Made by a program: the position numbers and the translations under genes | The notes under the pieces: model-generated | What the model saw: the letters and a program-made list of their open reading frames with translations, nothing else | Databases searched by the model: none | What the model was told of the DNA's origin: nothing | Shown here: piece by piece, positions 1 through 10,351 of the stretch | Numbering within the stretch: the stretch's first letter is position 1 | Layout of the letters: each line of letters opens with the position of its first letter | Origin: a virus | Lineage: Duplodnaviria; Heunggongvirae; Uroviricota; Caudoviricetes | Length of the DNA: 64,000 nt | Virus record (IMG/VR): IMGVR_UViG_3300042894_001948 | Direction: 5' to 3' (one strand)

Positions 1-2
1 CG

Positions 3-359
3 CATAATAAAGGCAAAGCGATGCTAGTGTCTCAAAAAGAAAAAATTTCAAAAGCTAAATTAGGTAAACCCGGAGTTAGCCCATCAATTGCAACGCGACA
101 AAAATTAAGCATCTGCAAGACAGGAAATAATAATCCAATGTTTGGAAAAATAGCATGGAATAAAGGGGTAACTGGATATGTGCAGACTAACGAATCAAAT
201 AAAAAACGTAGTAATGCGTTAAAAGGTATTCCTCGTTCAATTGAAACAAAAGAAAAAATAAGAAATACTAAATTAGCTAAAAAAGCTAAAAAACTAAACA
301 ATCTATCAGGTACTCTAATAGATAACACAGAATGTCTAAATTTAGACATACTCCAATAG
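3..359 (+). CDS. Homing endonuclease, C-terminal NUMOD3-type DNA-binding part (5' truncated by window edge)
   Basis: Frame is open from position 3 (HNKGKAM...). Lys-rich NUMOD3-like motifs GNNNPMFGKIAWNKG and RSIETKEKIRN. Nuclease domain lies outside the window. Confidence 0.75.
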   Translation, partial: HNKGKAMLVSQKEKISKAKLGKPGVSPSIATRQKLSICKTGNNNPMFGKIAWNKGVTGYVQTNESNKKRSNALKGIPRSIETKEKIRNTKLAKKAKKLNNLSGTLIDNTECLNLDILQ

Positions 360-374
360 AAAGGAGAATCACAT

Positions 375-1469
375 ATGTTGGATGCATTAAAAACGTTATT
401 TGAAAACAATGTGGTTTCGGCAGAAATCAAAGAGTCAATTGAGCAAGCATGGGAACAACGTATCGTTGAAAACCGTGAAATTGTTGCTCATCAACTCCGC
501 GAAGAGTTTGCTCAGAAGTACGAACATGATAAGAACACAATGGTTGAAGCAGTTGATCGTATGATCTCTGAACAACTATCTAGTGAACTTAGCGAGTTTG
601 TTGATGATCGCAGACAGCTAGCAGAAATGAAAGTTAAATTTGCTAGAAAAATGTCCGAAAGTGCAACAGTTATGAATAAATTCGTAACCCGCCAATTGGC
701 TTCTGAAGTTAAAGAACTCCACGAAGATCAAATGTCTATGGCCAATAAATTTGGTACATTAGAACACTTTGTCGTCGAGGCTTTGGCTCAAGAAATTACA
801 GAATTTTATAAAGACAAACAGGACTTAGCCGAATCAAAAGTTCGTCTAATTCGTGAAGGTCGTCAAGAAATCAAACGAGTAAAACAAGAATTTGTTAAAC
901 GCGCAGCTACAATGGTAGAAAGTGTTGTAGGTCAAACCTTAAACGCTGAAATTACTTCATTAAAAGAAGACATTGAATCAGCACGTCGTACAGACTTTGG
1001 TCGTAAGCTATTCGAAGCGTTTGCTGCTGAATACCAATCGAGTTACTTGAATGAGAAATCCGAAACTGCAAAGTTGCTCAAAGTCATAGACATGAAAGAT
1101 TTAGCCATCAATGAAGCTGCACACGCAGTTGTCAAAGCTGAAAAAATATTAGAAAGCAAACAAGCAGAAATTCGTGCGCTGAAAGAGTCGCAAGAAAGAA
1201 AAGCAATCATGAGCGAATTGTTAGCTCCACTGAGCGCAGAACAACGTTCTATCATGGGTGAATTGATGACGAGTGTGAAAACTTCAAAGCTTAATGAAAG
1301 TTTTGAAAGATATTTACCAGCAGTTGTATCTGGTAAAGCAGCACCACAAAAAAGACAAGCTCTTGTAGAAGCTAAAGAAATAACCGGAAATAAACAAATT
1401 TCCAACACCACCCGTAGCAGCGAAGATGAATCGAATATCATCGATATCCGCCGCCTCGCTGGACTATAA
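375..1469 (+). CDS. Prohead core scaffolding protein (T4 gp22-like)
   Basis: AAGGAG RBS; Glu/Lys-rich coiled-coil protein directly upstream of the major capsid gene; several LxE sites. Confidence 0.8.
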   Translation: MLDALKTLFENNVVSAEIKESIEQAWEQRIVENREIVAHQLREEFAQKYEHDKNTMVEAVDRMISEQLSSELSEFVDDRRQLAEMKVKFARKMSESATVMNKFVTRQLASEVKELHEDQMSMANKFGTLEHFVVEALAQEITEFYKDKQDLAESKVRLIREGRQEIKRVKQEFVKRAATMVESVVGQTLNAEITSLKEDIESARRTDFGRKLFEAFAAEYQSSYLNEKSETAKLLKVIDMKDLAINEAAHAVVKAEKILESKQAEIRALKESQERKAIMSELLAPLSAEQRSIMGELMTSVKTSKLNESFERYLPAVVSGKAAPQKRQALVEAKEITGNKQISNTTRSSEDESNIIDIRRLAGL

Positions 1470-1487
1470 AAATTTAGGAGAATTTAA

Positions 1488-2663
1488 ATGTCAGAACTAC
1501 TTAATGGCCGTTGGGCAGAAACAAAACAAGCACTTTTAGAAGGCTTGTCAGGTACAAAAAAATCAGTAATGGGCGTAACACTTGAAAATACACGCAAGTA
1601 TTTAATGGAATCTCCTACTGCTGGTGCTACCTCTGCTGGCAACGTTGCAACTTTAAACCGCGTGATTTTACCAGTAATCCGTCGTGTAATGCCAACCGTT
1701 ATTGCTAACGAATTAGTTGGCGTACAACCAATGACTGGTCCAGTTGGACAAATTCATACATTGCGTGTGCGTTATGCAGATAATTCAAACAGCACAGTAG
1801 CTGGTGAAGAAGCATTAAGTCCATTCAAAATTGCAGAAAGCTATTCAGGTAACGATGTAGCCTTATCGTCAGCTGCTAAAGCTGCTTCAACTGCAACTTT
1901 AGAAGGACAAGCAGGCAAAAAAATGAGCATTCAAATCTTGAAACAAACAGTTGAAGCTAAAACACGTAAGTTGTCAGCTCGCTGGACATTCGAATCTGCT
2001 CAAGACGCTCAAGCACAACAAGGTATTGACGTAGAAGCAGAAATTATGGCTGCTTTAGCTCAAGAAATTACTGCTGAGATTGATCAAGAAATTATTGCTT
2101 CATTGTTAACTTTAGCTGGTTCAGACGTTGAAACTTATAACCAAGCTAACGTTTCTGGTACAGCTACATTTGTAGGTGACGAACATGCTGCATTGGCTGT
2201 TCAAATCAACCGCGTAAGTAACTTAATTGCACAACGTACACGTCGTGGCGCTGGTAACTATGCTGTTGTATCTCCATTTGCATTAACAATTTTACAATCA
2301 GCTACTACTTCAGCGTTTGCTCGTACAACTGAAGGTACTTTTGAAGCTCCAACTAACACAAAATTTGTTGGTACATTAAACAATTCATTGAAAGTGTATG
2401 TTAACAGCTATGCACAAGACAGCACTTCAATCTTAATTGGTTACAAAGGTGGTTCAGAATCAGACGCTCCTGCGTTTTATTGCCCTTACATTCCTTTGAT
2501 GTCTTCAGGTGTTGTTTTAGATCCATCAACATTTGAACCAGTTGTATCGTTTATGACACGTTATGGTTATGTTGAACTTTCTAACACTGCGTCATCTTTA
2601 GGTAATGCTGCTGACTATTTAGGTCGTGTTGGTATCACTAACGGTAACGTTAAATTTAGCTAA
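1488..2663 (+). CDS. gp23: Major capsid protein (T4 gp23-like)
   Basis: Motifs VIRRVMPTVIANELVGVQPMTGPVGQI, VEAKTRKLSARWT, AEIDQEII, FYCPYIPL and FMTRYG typical of the gp23 family. Confidence 0.97.
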   Translation: MSELLNGRWAETKQALLEGLSGTKKSVMGVTLENTRKYLMESPTAGATSAGNVATLNRVILPVIRRVMPTVIANELVGVQPMTGPVGQIHTLRVRYADNSNSTVAGEEALSPFKIAESYSGNDVALSSAAKAASTATLEGQAGKKMSIQILKQTVEAKTRKLSARWTFESAQDAQAQQGIDVEAEIMAALAQEITAEIDQEIIASLLTLAGSDVETYNQANVSGTATFVGDEHAALAVQINRVSNLIAQRTRRGAGNYAVVSPFALTILQSATTSAFARTTEGTFEAPTNTKFVGTLNNSLKVYVNSYAQDSTSILIGYKGGSESDAPAFYCPYIPLMSSGVVLDPSTFEPVVSFMTRYGYVELSNTASSLGNAADYLGRVGITNGNVKFS

Positions 2664-2687
2664 GGTTTACTTAACTTTATTTTACAC

Positions 2688-2713
2688 AAAGGGCTCTTAG
2701 GAGCCCTTTTTTT
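2688..2713 (+). terminator. Rho-independent terminator after major capsid gene
   Basis: AAAGGGCTC-TTAG-GAGCCC followed by T7. Confidence 0.9.
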
Positions 2714-2727
2714 ATGGTAAATACAAT

Positions 2728-3300
2728 ATGACTACACAATTTTATTATCCTAACGACGTAACAGAATATGGCGAACAACACGATTTAATTCAACCTTTAA
2801 TAGAATGGAATATCAATGGTACAGTATCTCCAGATAATTGTATTACTAGTAAGCAACCGTTGTACACTATTAGTGGTCTGTGGATGGAAAAATTCCTCAG
2901 TAATACTAACGAGTTATGGTGTTCTAGATTCAATATTCCAGATACAGGATTACCTGTAACAGGAATAGAATTATATTTAGATATGAAAAGATTTTCAAGA
3001 ACTGAAGATCTACGTATACAACTTAGATTAAATGACGAATACATTGGAGACAACATAGCTAGTCCTGTTAATCCAGTACAAAGTAACATGTATACAGGTG
3101 AGAATAGTCCGTTGCTACCGATAATTGGCAATACAAATGTATACGGCAGTCCTGTAGAACTTTGGGGAACTACTTTAACTAGCACAGATGTTTCAAACGA
3201 GTCGTTTGGAGTTGCTATTAGTTTTAGAAGTAATCAAGTATATCCACATCGCGATCTAGTTATTGTAAATCAGATAGGAGTAGGTATCACCTACGGATAA
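2728..3300 (+). CDS. Hypothetical protein, probably virion-associated
   Basis: 190-aa ORF preceded by GGTAAATA, a late-promoter-like motif; no recognisable family. Confidence 0.6.
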   Translation: MTTQFYYPNDVTEYGEQHDLIQPLIEWNINGTVSPDNCITSKQPLYTISGLWMEKFLSNTNELWCSRFNIPDTGLPVTGIELYLDMKRFSRTEDLRIQLRLNDEYIGDNIASPVNPVQSNMYTGENSPLLPIIGNTNVYGSPVELWGTTLTSTDVSNESFGVAISFRSNQVYPHRDLVIVNQIGVGITYG

Positions 3301-3303
3301 ATA
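3296..3303 (+). promoter_or_regulatory. T4-like late promoter (GATAAATA variant)
   Basis: One mismatch to the T4 late consensus TATAAATA; the same octamer recurs upstream of many structural genes here. Confidence 0.7.
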
Positions 3304-3382
3304 CTTTGTCAAATAAGTGTTGCACTTGCAAACTTATGCAGTACCCACTGCGTATGACATAAAACGTCAAAGGAGAAATCAA

Positions 3383-4324
3383 ATGGGACGTCCATTAAAT
3401 AAAAAATATTTCGGTAACCGTAACACCGGTTCAACAATCACAGCTGCAGATGATGGCATCGGCGGTAAAGGACTAGCTAGCGTACCAGTAACAACTGTTG
3501 GTGCATATACTACTCGTCCTACAATTTCATTTACAGGTACACCTAATTTATTAAGCGGTCAATCACCAACTGCAACTATTACATCTGAAGCAGCATCTGC
3601 TGCAGTAAGTGGCACACAAACTGGTACTTACGTTGTTGGTGATTTACTTACTATAACAACTTCAGGAGGTTCTGCAGTTGCTCGAGTTGCTACATTATCA
3701 GGTAGTGCAGTAGCATCTGTAAGTTTTACAGGTACCGGAGCATCACGTGGTAGTTTTCAAGCGTTAACATCAGCTACTACTACAGGCGGCAGTGGTGCAG
3801 GTGTAGTATTAACACTTACATATCAAGCTAAAGAAGTTTTAGTAACTGATTCAGGTTCTGGTTATACAACAACTGTTCCTGTAGCAACTGCATCAGGCGG
3901 TGGCGTAGTACTCGGAACATCAGTTATGACAAGTCCAGTTGCTAATACAGCACCTGCTGGTTCAGGGTTTAACCCAGAAGCTGCAATTATTGCTCAAGCA
4001 TATACTGGTTCAAGTGTTAAACAAGCTGATATTGTTAAACAAGTTTCAAAAAATCGTTATAAAATTAACACATCTGATACAGCCGGGACACCTATTGTTG
4101 CAACACTGAAATCTAGTATTGCTACACAGGTTGGCGACATGACTATTACTGCTACTGATTTTACAGGAAGTACATATTATGTTACTAAATTAACAGGACA
4201 TAAAGCTACATTATCGCGTAACGCATCAGCTGGTGCAGGTTATGAATTTGCAGAAGGATCACAAATTCAATGGACATTTGGTGCTGCAGCAACAGGTGTT
4301 TCTGTAACAATCGATAACGGTTAA
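3383..4324 (+). CDS. Virion structural protein (Thr/Gly/Ser-rich, possible head decoration/appendage)
   Basis: Likely start ATG 3383 (MGRPLNKKYFG) after AAGGAG; beta-rich composition with a GSGYT motif. Confidence 0.65.
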   Translation: MGRPLNKKYFGNRNTGSTITAADDGIGGKGLASVPVTTVGAYTTRPTISFTGTPNLLSGQSPTATITSEAASAAVSGTQTGTYVVGDLLTITTSGGSAVARVATLSGSAVASVSFTGTGASRGSFQALTSATTTGGSGAGVVLTLTYQAKEVLVTDSGSGYTTTVPVATASGGGVVLGTSVMTSPVANTAPAGSGFNPEAAIIAQAYTGSSVKQADIVKQVSKNRYKINTSDTAGTPIVATLKSSIATQVGDMTITATDFTGSTYYVTKLTGHKATLSRNASAGAGYEFAEGSQIQWTFGAAATGVSVTIDNG

Positions 4325-4339
4325 TATAATCAACATAAT

Positions 4340-4361
4340 GAGGGCCGCAAGGCCCTCTTTT
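4340..4361 (+). terminator. Rho-independent terminator
   Basis: GAGGGCC-GCAA-GGCCCTC followed by TTTT. Confidence 0.8.
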
Positions 4362-4372
4362 AAGGAATATAA

Positions 4373-5479
4373 ATGTCAAAAATATTAAAAGTTAGCGAAG
4401 GTGATTATAGAGTAACAGTGCCAGCCGGTAACTCTATTGTTTTAGATACTGGTGCATTATCAGGGTCAGTAATTATTACAGGCGATCTTGATGTACAAGG
4501 CCTAACTACTACTATTGAATCAATTAATGCTACTGTTAAAGACAATATAATAGTTCTAAATAACGGAGACCCTGGGTTATCTGGAATTTCCCCTCGCACT
4601 GTTAACAGTGTTATTACAAGAACATCAGGAATTGAAATTGATAGAGGACGAATTAATACTCAAGTAGCATCGGCATCGATTTTATTTGACGAAGAGGTTC
4701 CTCATTATAACACAACATCAACTAATTATGATAATGGAACATTTGCATTAAGAACAAAATATAATACTACTGTTGCGTTATCAAGTTTGCAATTAGCCGG
4801 TATTGAAGTTACTTCTATTTCAAATAACGGAATTGTTGATATTCAATTTAATTTGCATAATTCTAATACGTATTTGTCTCTTGTTAATTCAACACATGGC
4901 GGATTAAGTTACGAAGATCGATTAATTGCAGGTAATTCTAATCCAATACATGCAACTAATAACAGTCTTACTACTAAAAAATACGTTAACACATATGTCC
5001 GCGCAGGTAATCTAAAAGCAGGAATGGCAGATGTTGATACCATTTATTCAACATTAGCCGGTGACATAGTTTCAATGGTTGAGACAACTAATGCATCGAT
5101 AATAAACTTTAAAATTAATACAAACCAGCGGGCAACTATAACAACTTCCGGGTTAAGTGTTGACACTATTAACTTATTTGGTAACATTATTAAAAATGTT
5201 GGATCGGGCTCTCCAGTAGTTCAATCTCCTTTAATTTTACAATCAGATGCTAATTTAGTTGAAATAAATGCCATACTAACATTAAACGATCAAACACCTA
5301 ACAATACAATTGAAACAACATCAATACCAAATAAAACTAAGATATATTCAAAGGATACTGAAGGTCCTGGACGAACAGGAATATATTTTACAAATAACAA
5401 TACCTACGGTTCAAACTTGTATAATAACGATGAATTAGTAAGTAAAAATCGAGCAGTACTTTTAAGTATGCTTTTTTAA
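4373..5479 (+). CDS. Fibre-like virion structural protein
   Basis: VIITGDLDVQGLTTTIES..VKDNIIVLN and SGIEIDRG motifs common in phage fibre shafts; hydrophobic C-terminus RAVLLSMLF. Confidence 0.65.
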   Translation: MSKILKVSEGDYRVTVPAGNSIVLDTGALSGSVIITGDLDVQGLTTTIESINATVKDNIIVLNNGDPGLSGISPRTVNSVITRTSGIEIDRGRINTQVASASILFDEEVPHYNTTSTNYDNGTFALRTKYNTTVALSSLQLAGIEVTSISNNGIVDIQFNLHNSNTYLSLVNSTHGGLSYEDRLIAGNSNPIHATNNSLTTKKYVNTYVRAGNLKAGMADVDTIYSTLAGDIVSMVETTNASIINFKINTNQRATITTSGLSVDTINLFGNIIKNVGSGSPVVQSPLILQSDANLVEINAILTLNDQTPNNTIETTSIPNKTKIYSKDTEGPGRTGIYFTNNNTYGSNLYNNDELVSKNRAVLLSMLF

Positions 5480-5488
5480 GGATAACAC

Positions 5489-5830
5489 ATGGCAATTTCA
5501 AATATAGAAATTAACGCAACAACGCCAGCAGCAATTTATACTAGTTCTGGTAATAATGCTATTACTACTATTATTGTATGTAATAAAGTTACATTTAATC
5601 CAGCTGATCCATTAAATGGACAAACAAATTTATACTTGTATGCAATACCTGCAGCCGACGGAACTACTATACAAGATAAACATTTAATAGTCAATGGTTT
5701 ACCTATTCCAGCTGGTGAAACTGTATCGTTTGATCAAGAAAAAATGGTACTAGCAAACAATGATAAACTTTATGCAAAAAGCGATAGTCCAGCCAATTTA
5801 GTAGTAACATTAAGCACATTGGTGGTATAA
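5489..5830 (+). CDS. Small beta-sandwich virion protein, paralogue 1 of 3
   Basis: IYT..IIVCN..IPAGET..EKMVL pattern shared with the ORFs at 14375 and 32331. Confidence 0.65.
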   Translation: MAISNIEINATTPAAIYTSSGNNAITTIIVCNKVTFNPADPLNGQTNLYLYAIPAADGTTIQDKHLIVNGLPIPAGETVSFDQEKMVLANNDKLYAKSDSPANLVVTLSTLVV

Positions 5831-5831
5831 C

Positions 5832-6863
5832 ATGAGATATTTACGTAAACAAGTAATTAATCGCAGAGCACCATATGATCAACGACTCTCTGTTGACATT
5901 AATAATGCGGTAGTTATGACTACTACAAATAACTTAACGTTACCGAGTGGTACTACTGCACAACGTCCAGTTGCTGCAATTACAGTAAACGGAATGATAA
6001 GGTATAATACTACGCTTGATGAGATTGAAGTTTATCAAGCTAATAACTGGCGTAGTTTAAGATTTAAAGAACCTGCGTTAATTACTCAACAAAGTTTAGG
6101 TGCAGGCGATAGTACTAATGTATACTTTGGACCATTAAATCCTGCACCTGTATTACTTGCACAAAGCGGCGGCACTTGGGATTTACCTCAAATTGCTAAA
6201 AATATTACAGTTGTAGTTGAAAATGTTCTTCAACTTGCAATAACAAATTATACAGTTGTACAAGATCCTCCAGCTCCTACTGAAACATATACTTCGACTA
6301 CGAGTTACATATCACCCGAAGGAACATCGACTATATATTTTAATAGTCATCTATTAGGAACAAGTGCAAGTTGGTCAGCTAACACAGCAACATTAACGTT
6401 TTCATCAACTCCGACATTAGCTCAAACTCCATTTGCAGTTGGCACAACTATTGTAGTAACTGGGTTTATGCCAACTGCGTATAATGGAACATGGACAGTA
6501 ACTGCATCGTCTAATAGTTCAGTTAGTTTTACATTAGGGTCTGATCCGGGCGTGTCAACAGTAGCAGGACAAATTAAAAGTTCTAATGCAGTTTATACAT
6601 CAATAGACATTATTGGAGCATCTATTAGCGGTCATGCTAATATTCAAAACGGTAGTACAATTATATCAGCAATATCTGAACCAACTACTGATGCATTGAT
6701 AAGCGTTGTAATTAGTTTACCGATACAAAACGGTACGTTACCTTCACCGCAACAACTTGCAATTTCGAACAGTGTGCAACCGCCGTCGGGATATTATGTA
6801 AAATTTAGTTCGCCTGTGCCATTAGGCAAAGTAGTCACAGTCTTACACGGCTTTGACAAGTAA
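5832..6863 (+). CDS. Virion structural/fibre protein
   Basis: LPSGTTAQRP..GMIRYNTT..IEVY motif shared with the large fibres; FAVGTTIVVTG..YNGTWTVT beta-domain. Confidence 0.65.
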   Translation: MRYLRKQVINRRAPYDQRLSVDINNAVVMTTTNNLTLPSGTTAQRPVAAITVNGMIRYNTTLDEIEVYQANNWRSLRFKEPALITQQSLGAGDSTNVYFGPLNPAPVLLAQSGGTWDLPQIAKNITVVVENVLQLAITNYTVVQDPPAPTETYTSTTSYISPEGTSTIYFNSHLLGTSASWSANTATLTFSSTPTLAQTPFAVGTTIVVTGFMPTAYNGTWTVTASSNSSVSFTLGSDPGVSTVAGQIKSSNAVYTSIDIIGASISGHANIQNGSTIISAISEPTTDALISVVISLPIQNGTLPSPQQLAISNSVQPPSGYYVKFSSPVPLGKVVTVLHGFDK

Positions 6864-6876
6864 TTAAGGAACTGTT

Positions 6877-9800
6877 ATGGGTATTGAAATGGGTAGAGTT
6901 AGTGGTCCGTTACTCTCTGAAAATTTATTAAGAAACGGTGAAGATTTAGCATTTGAAACTGATTTATTATACTTAGATGTAATAACCGGCAAAGTCGGCA
7001 TACGAAATTCTGCTCCTCAATTTGATTTATTTGTTAACAATTTTATCAAATCAACAAATTTAATTGTCGATACGCAACTTAGTTTTTCGTCAAATTATGT
7101 TGTTAATACAGATAAAATCCAAAATATACTTGGCTCTATTATTTTTACTCCTGATCAATCTTCTGACCCTAAAGTCGTTGCTGCAGGTTTAGGAATTGCA
7201 AATTTAACAATATCTGCAGGAAAAAATATTACAAATATTGTCTCCGATGATGTTATTAATTTAAATCCAAACGGAACTGGTATTGTTCATTTTACTACTG
7301 ATACTGTTAATGTTAATGGTAATTTACATTCTACCGGAACAATTACTGCTGATGGAAATATCATTATCGGTAATGAAACAACAGACAGTGTTATTTTTAA
7401 TGCGTTAGTTGATACTACCTTAGTACCTATATTACATAATACACATAATTTAGGATCACTTAGTAAACGCTGGAAAACAATATACACTTCGGATATTAAA
7501 GGTACTAGTACATTATTAGCACTAAATGATATTATTTTAGATAACACTAGATTAGCAACTACAACCGGTAATATGATCTATGTTTCTATAAATGGAGTTG
7601 ATACTAACCTCGGTTATCATAAACGTTCTCCATTTAAAACACTTAAACATGCGTTAAGTGTTGCTACTACCGGATGTCAAATTTTTATTAACTCTGGAAC
7701 TTATGTTGAAGATTTTCCATTATTAATACCTCAAGGTGTTAATGTTACAGGGGAAAGTATTCGTTCGGTAACTATTAAACCATCTATTGCAACTAATACT
7801 AATGATGCATTTTTATTAAATGATGAAACATCAGTTTCTTCTTTAACTATTCAAGATTTCTTTTACAACAGTGCAACTAACACAGGTTATGCATTTAAAT
7901 TTGCACCTGGATATAACTCAACTTATAAAAGCCCGTATATACAAAACATTACAGTTATTACAAAAGGATCTGTAACTTCATTAGCAGATCCATTAGGGTT
8001 CTTACAAGGAGACGCTGGAGCAGGTATTTACTTAGACGGCTCAGTTGCTGCGCCAACATCAAATACACCGTCTTGTTTATTTAATACAGTTACATTAATT
8101 ACTCCTAATCAAAATGCCATAACTGCTACTAACGGTGTACGAGTAGAGTGGATAAACTCGTTTACATATTATGCAAAACGTGGTATATTTTTAATTAACG
8201 GTATTGAAGGGTTTGCAAGTATTGGTAATACAGCTGCAGGTTATGATAGTATTGTTGGGTTTTATGGACAATCTGGAATTACTTTAACTGGACCTAACGC
8301 TAAAACAGTTACAGTTAATGTTTCAAATATCGGATTAATTACAATCGTTAATATTTCATCTAATGCAGAATCCGGGATATACATTTCTCCCGGAGGAACA
8401 CGATGGATTATTAATTTAGGAAAATTTGGTGCAGAATTCCGTGGTATTAATAGTGCTAACATCTATGGTACGTATGGTATTATTGCAGACGGCCCTGACA
8501 CACTAGCATATATTTGTGGACATAACTTTGGTTATATTGGTTCTGGGGCAAACTCGTTAAATGATCCTAGCACTACGGACAGTACTAATGAGGTAATATC
8601 GTTAAACTACGGTGTTATATATTACGATAGTGTCGATCATAACGGCAACTATCAAATTGGTGATGTTTTATATATTAATCAAAAAACCGGACAAGTATTG
8701 TTTGATGCACGTAGCATGCATTTTAACGAAGACGGTAATATAACACTTCAATCAGATAGCCACCTTACTGTTGTTGATTTTTTTAAAATACAAACTGGTA
8801 ACATTAAGATATTTAACAATACAATATCATCGATTGTAGGCGAGATTTCTCTTCATGCAGTTTCAGATATTAGATTAAATACGAATATTTTTGTTACTGG
8901 ATCTTTAGGAATTTCAGATGATTTAACAGTTGCAGGTAATGTATATGTTGGAAACGAATTAGTCGACACTACTGCTATATCGGCAAACTTTGTTTCATCT
9001 ATTATACCTAATACTAACAACACTTATACATTAGGTACAAATTTACTTAGATGGGACGTGTTACGTTCTCAAATAATACATATTGATAGTATTCTTATTA
9101 CAGATAACACAGTAACTACTAGTGTACCAGGTACTGATTTAGAACTATTTGCGTCTAATACTGGTCGTATATATGTACCGTTAAACGATGTACAAATTGA
9201 TAATAACTTAACAGTTGAAAATAACACTACAGTTACCGGTAATACTTCATTACAAGATGTTGAAATTACCGGAACTACTACGTTAACTGGGAATATTACT
9301 CAAACCGGCAATATTGATATTACCGGTAACCTTATAAATCAAGATAATATTATTCAAGATGGTGTAGGTTTATTTTTAGATATTCCTAATATAACAATAC
9401 AAGATAACCTAATTACACCGATTACTTCAGGATCAGATTTAGTTATTTACGGCGGAGTTTTACAAGGCGCAATTTTAGAAAATTTAAAAATTACTAATAG
9501 CATACTTGAAAATATATGGCAAAATGCATCTACTGATTATGAAAAAAGTATTGTGTTTACTCCAATTGGAACAGGTAATGTTGTTATCAATTCAAACAAA
9601 TCAATAATACTTCCAATTGGCACTAATTCTACACAACCGCTATCAAACGCTGGTGAAATACGATTTAACTCCGATACAACGTTGTTTGACGGTTATCTTC
9701 CGTCCGGTATGGTTAGTTTTTATAGCTTATTTGATACTGATCGAAACACTTATATCACACCTGAATTAACGCCAGGAACTAATGACAACATATTTAGGTT

Positions 9801-10239
9801 TGCAACTAACGGAACAGTTAAAGCAAAAATTACTGCAACTGAATTGTATAGTAACTCATTTCATATTTCTAATGTTAAAATATTAGGAAACACAATTGGC
9901 ACAGTTAACACTAGCAATGATTTATTAATTCAACCTACCTCGGGTATACTAACAGTTAACGATATTCATTTTTCATCAAATTACATTACTAATACATTAA
10001 ATGATGTAATTCACTTACCTACAATTAAATTTACTGGAGGAGCAACCGGCATGTTAGTTCCACAAGGTACTGATTCTCAACGTCGTAACGTTCCAAATGT
10101 TGCTGAGTTTCGATATAATACTGAACAACATTTATACGAAGTATATGACGGCATACAATGGATTCCACAAGGCGACAACCCATTATTAATGTCAACAGTA
10201 GACGAAGAAATTACTCTTTGGGCTATTCTGCTTGGATAA
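6877..10239 (+). CDS. Large tail fibre/appendage protein with pectin-lyase-like beta-helix
   Basis: IYVSINGVDTN..PFKTLKHAL, GESIRSVTIKP and KSPYIQNIT motifs; shaft repeats; paralogue of 10352. Confidence 0.75.
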   Translation: MGIEMGRVSGPLLSENLLRNGEDLAFETDLLYLDVITGKVGIRNSAPQFDLFVNNFIKSTNLIVDTQLSFSSNYVVNTDKIQNILGSIIFTPDQSSDPKVVAAGLGIANLTISAGKNITNIVSDDVINLNPNGTGIVHFTTDTVNVNGNLHSTGTITADGNIIIGNETTDSVIFNALVDTTLVPILHNTHNLGSLSKRWKTIYTSDIKGTSTLLALNDIILDNTRLATTTGNMIYVSINGVDTNLGYHKRSPFKTLKHALSVATTGCQIFINSGTYVEDFPLLIPQGVNVTGESIRSVTIKPSIATNTNDAFLLNDETSVSSLTIQDFFYNSATNTGYAFKFAPGYNSTYKSPYIQNITVITKGSVTSLADPLGFLQGDAGAGIYLDGSVAAPTSNTPSCLFNTVTLITPNQNAITATNGVRVEWINSFTYYAKRGIFLINGIEGFASIGNTAAGYDSIVGFYGQSGITLTGPNAKTVTVNVSNIGLITIVNISSNAESGIYISPGGTRWIINLGKFGAEFRGINSANIYGTYGIIADGPDTLAYICGHNFGYIGSGANSLNDPSTTDSTNEVISLNYGVIYYDSVDHNGNYQIGDVLYINQKTGQVLFDARSMHFNEDGNITLQSDSHLTVVDFFKIQTGNIKIFNNTISSIVGEISLHAVSDIRLNTNIFVTGSLGISDDLTVAGNVYVGNELVDTTAISANFVSSIIPNTNNTYTLGTNLLRWDVLRSQIIHIDSILITDNTVTTSVPGTDLELFASNTGRIYVPLNDVQIDNNLTVENNTTVTGNTSLQDVEITGTTTLTGNITQTGNIDITGNLINQDNIIQDGVGLFLDIPNITIQDNLITPITSGSDLVIYGGVLQGAILENLKITNSILENIWQNASTDYEKSIVFTPIGTGNVVINSNKSIILPIGTNSTQPLSNAGEIRFNSDTTLFDGYLPSGMVSFYSLFDTDRNTYITPELTPGTNDNIFRFATNGTVKAKITATELYSNSFHISNVKILGNTIGTVNTSNDLLIQPTSGILTVNDIHFSSNYITNTLNDVIHLPTIKFTGGATGMLVPQGTDSQRRNVPNVAEFRYNTEQHLYEVYDGIQWIPQGDNPLLMSTVDEEITLWAILLG

Positions 10240-10240
10240 A

Positions 10241-10248
10241 GATAAATA
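10241..10248 (+). promoter_or_regulatory. T4-like late promoter (GATAAATA)
   Basis: Recurrent octamer in the intergenic gap before a structural gene. Confidence 0.7.
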
Positions 10249-10351
10249 CATATACTGCTGGGAGTAGACCAAAAAATCCCACGAGACGAAACTGTGGTAA
10301 ACCCGCAATGTAAGGTGGTTAGCCGTGAAACACGGTGGTTAAGGAGAGAGT

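Noticed and set aside
10255-10297. Hammerhead ribozyme (CTGCTGG...CGAAAC)
   Set aside because: Core deviates from CUGANGA at conserved positions and stem II does not abut GAAA.
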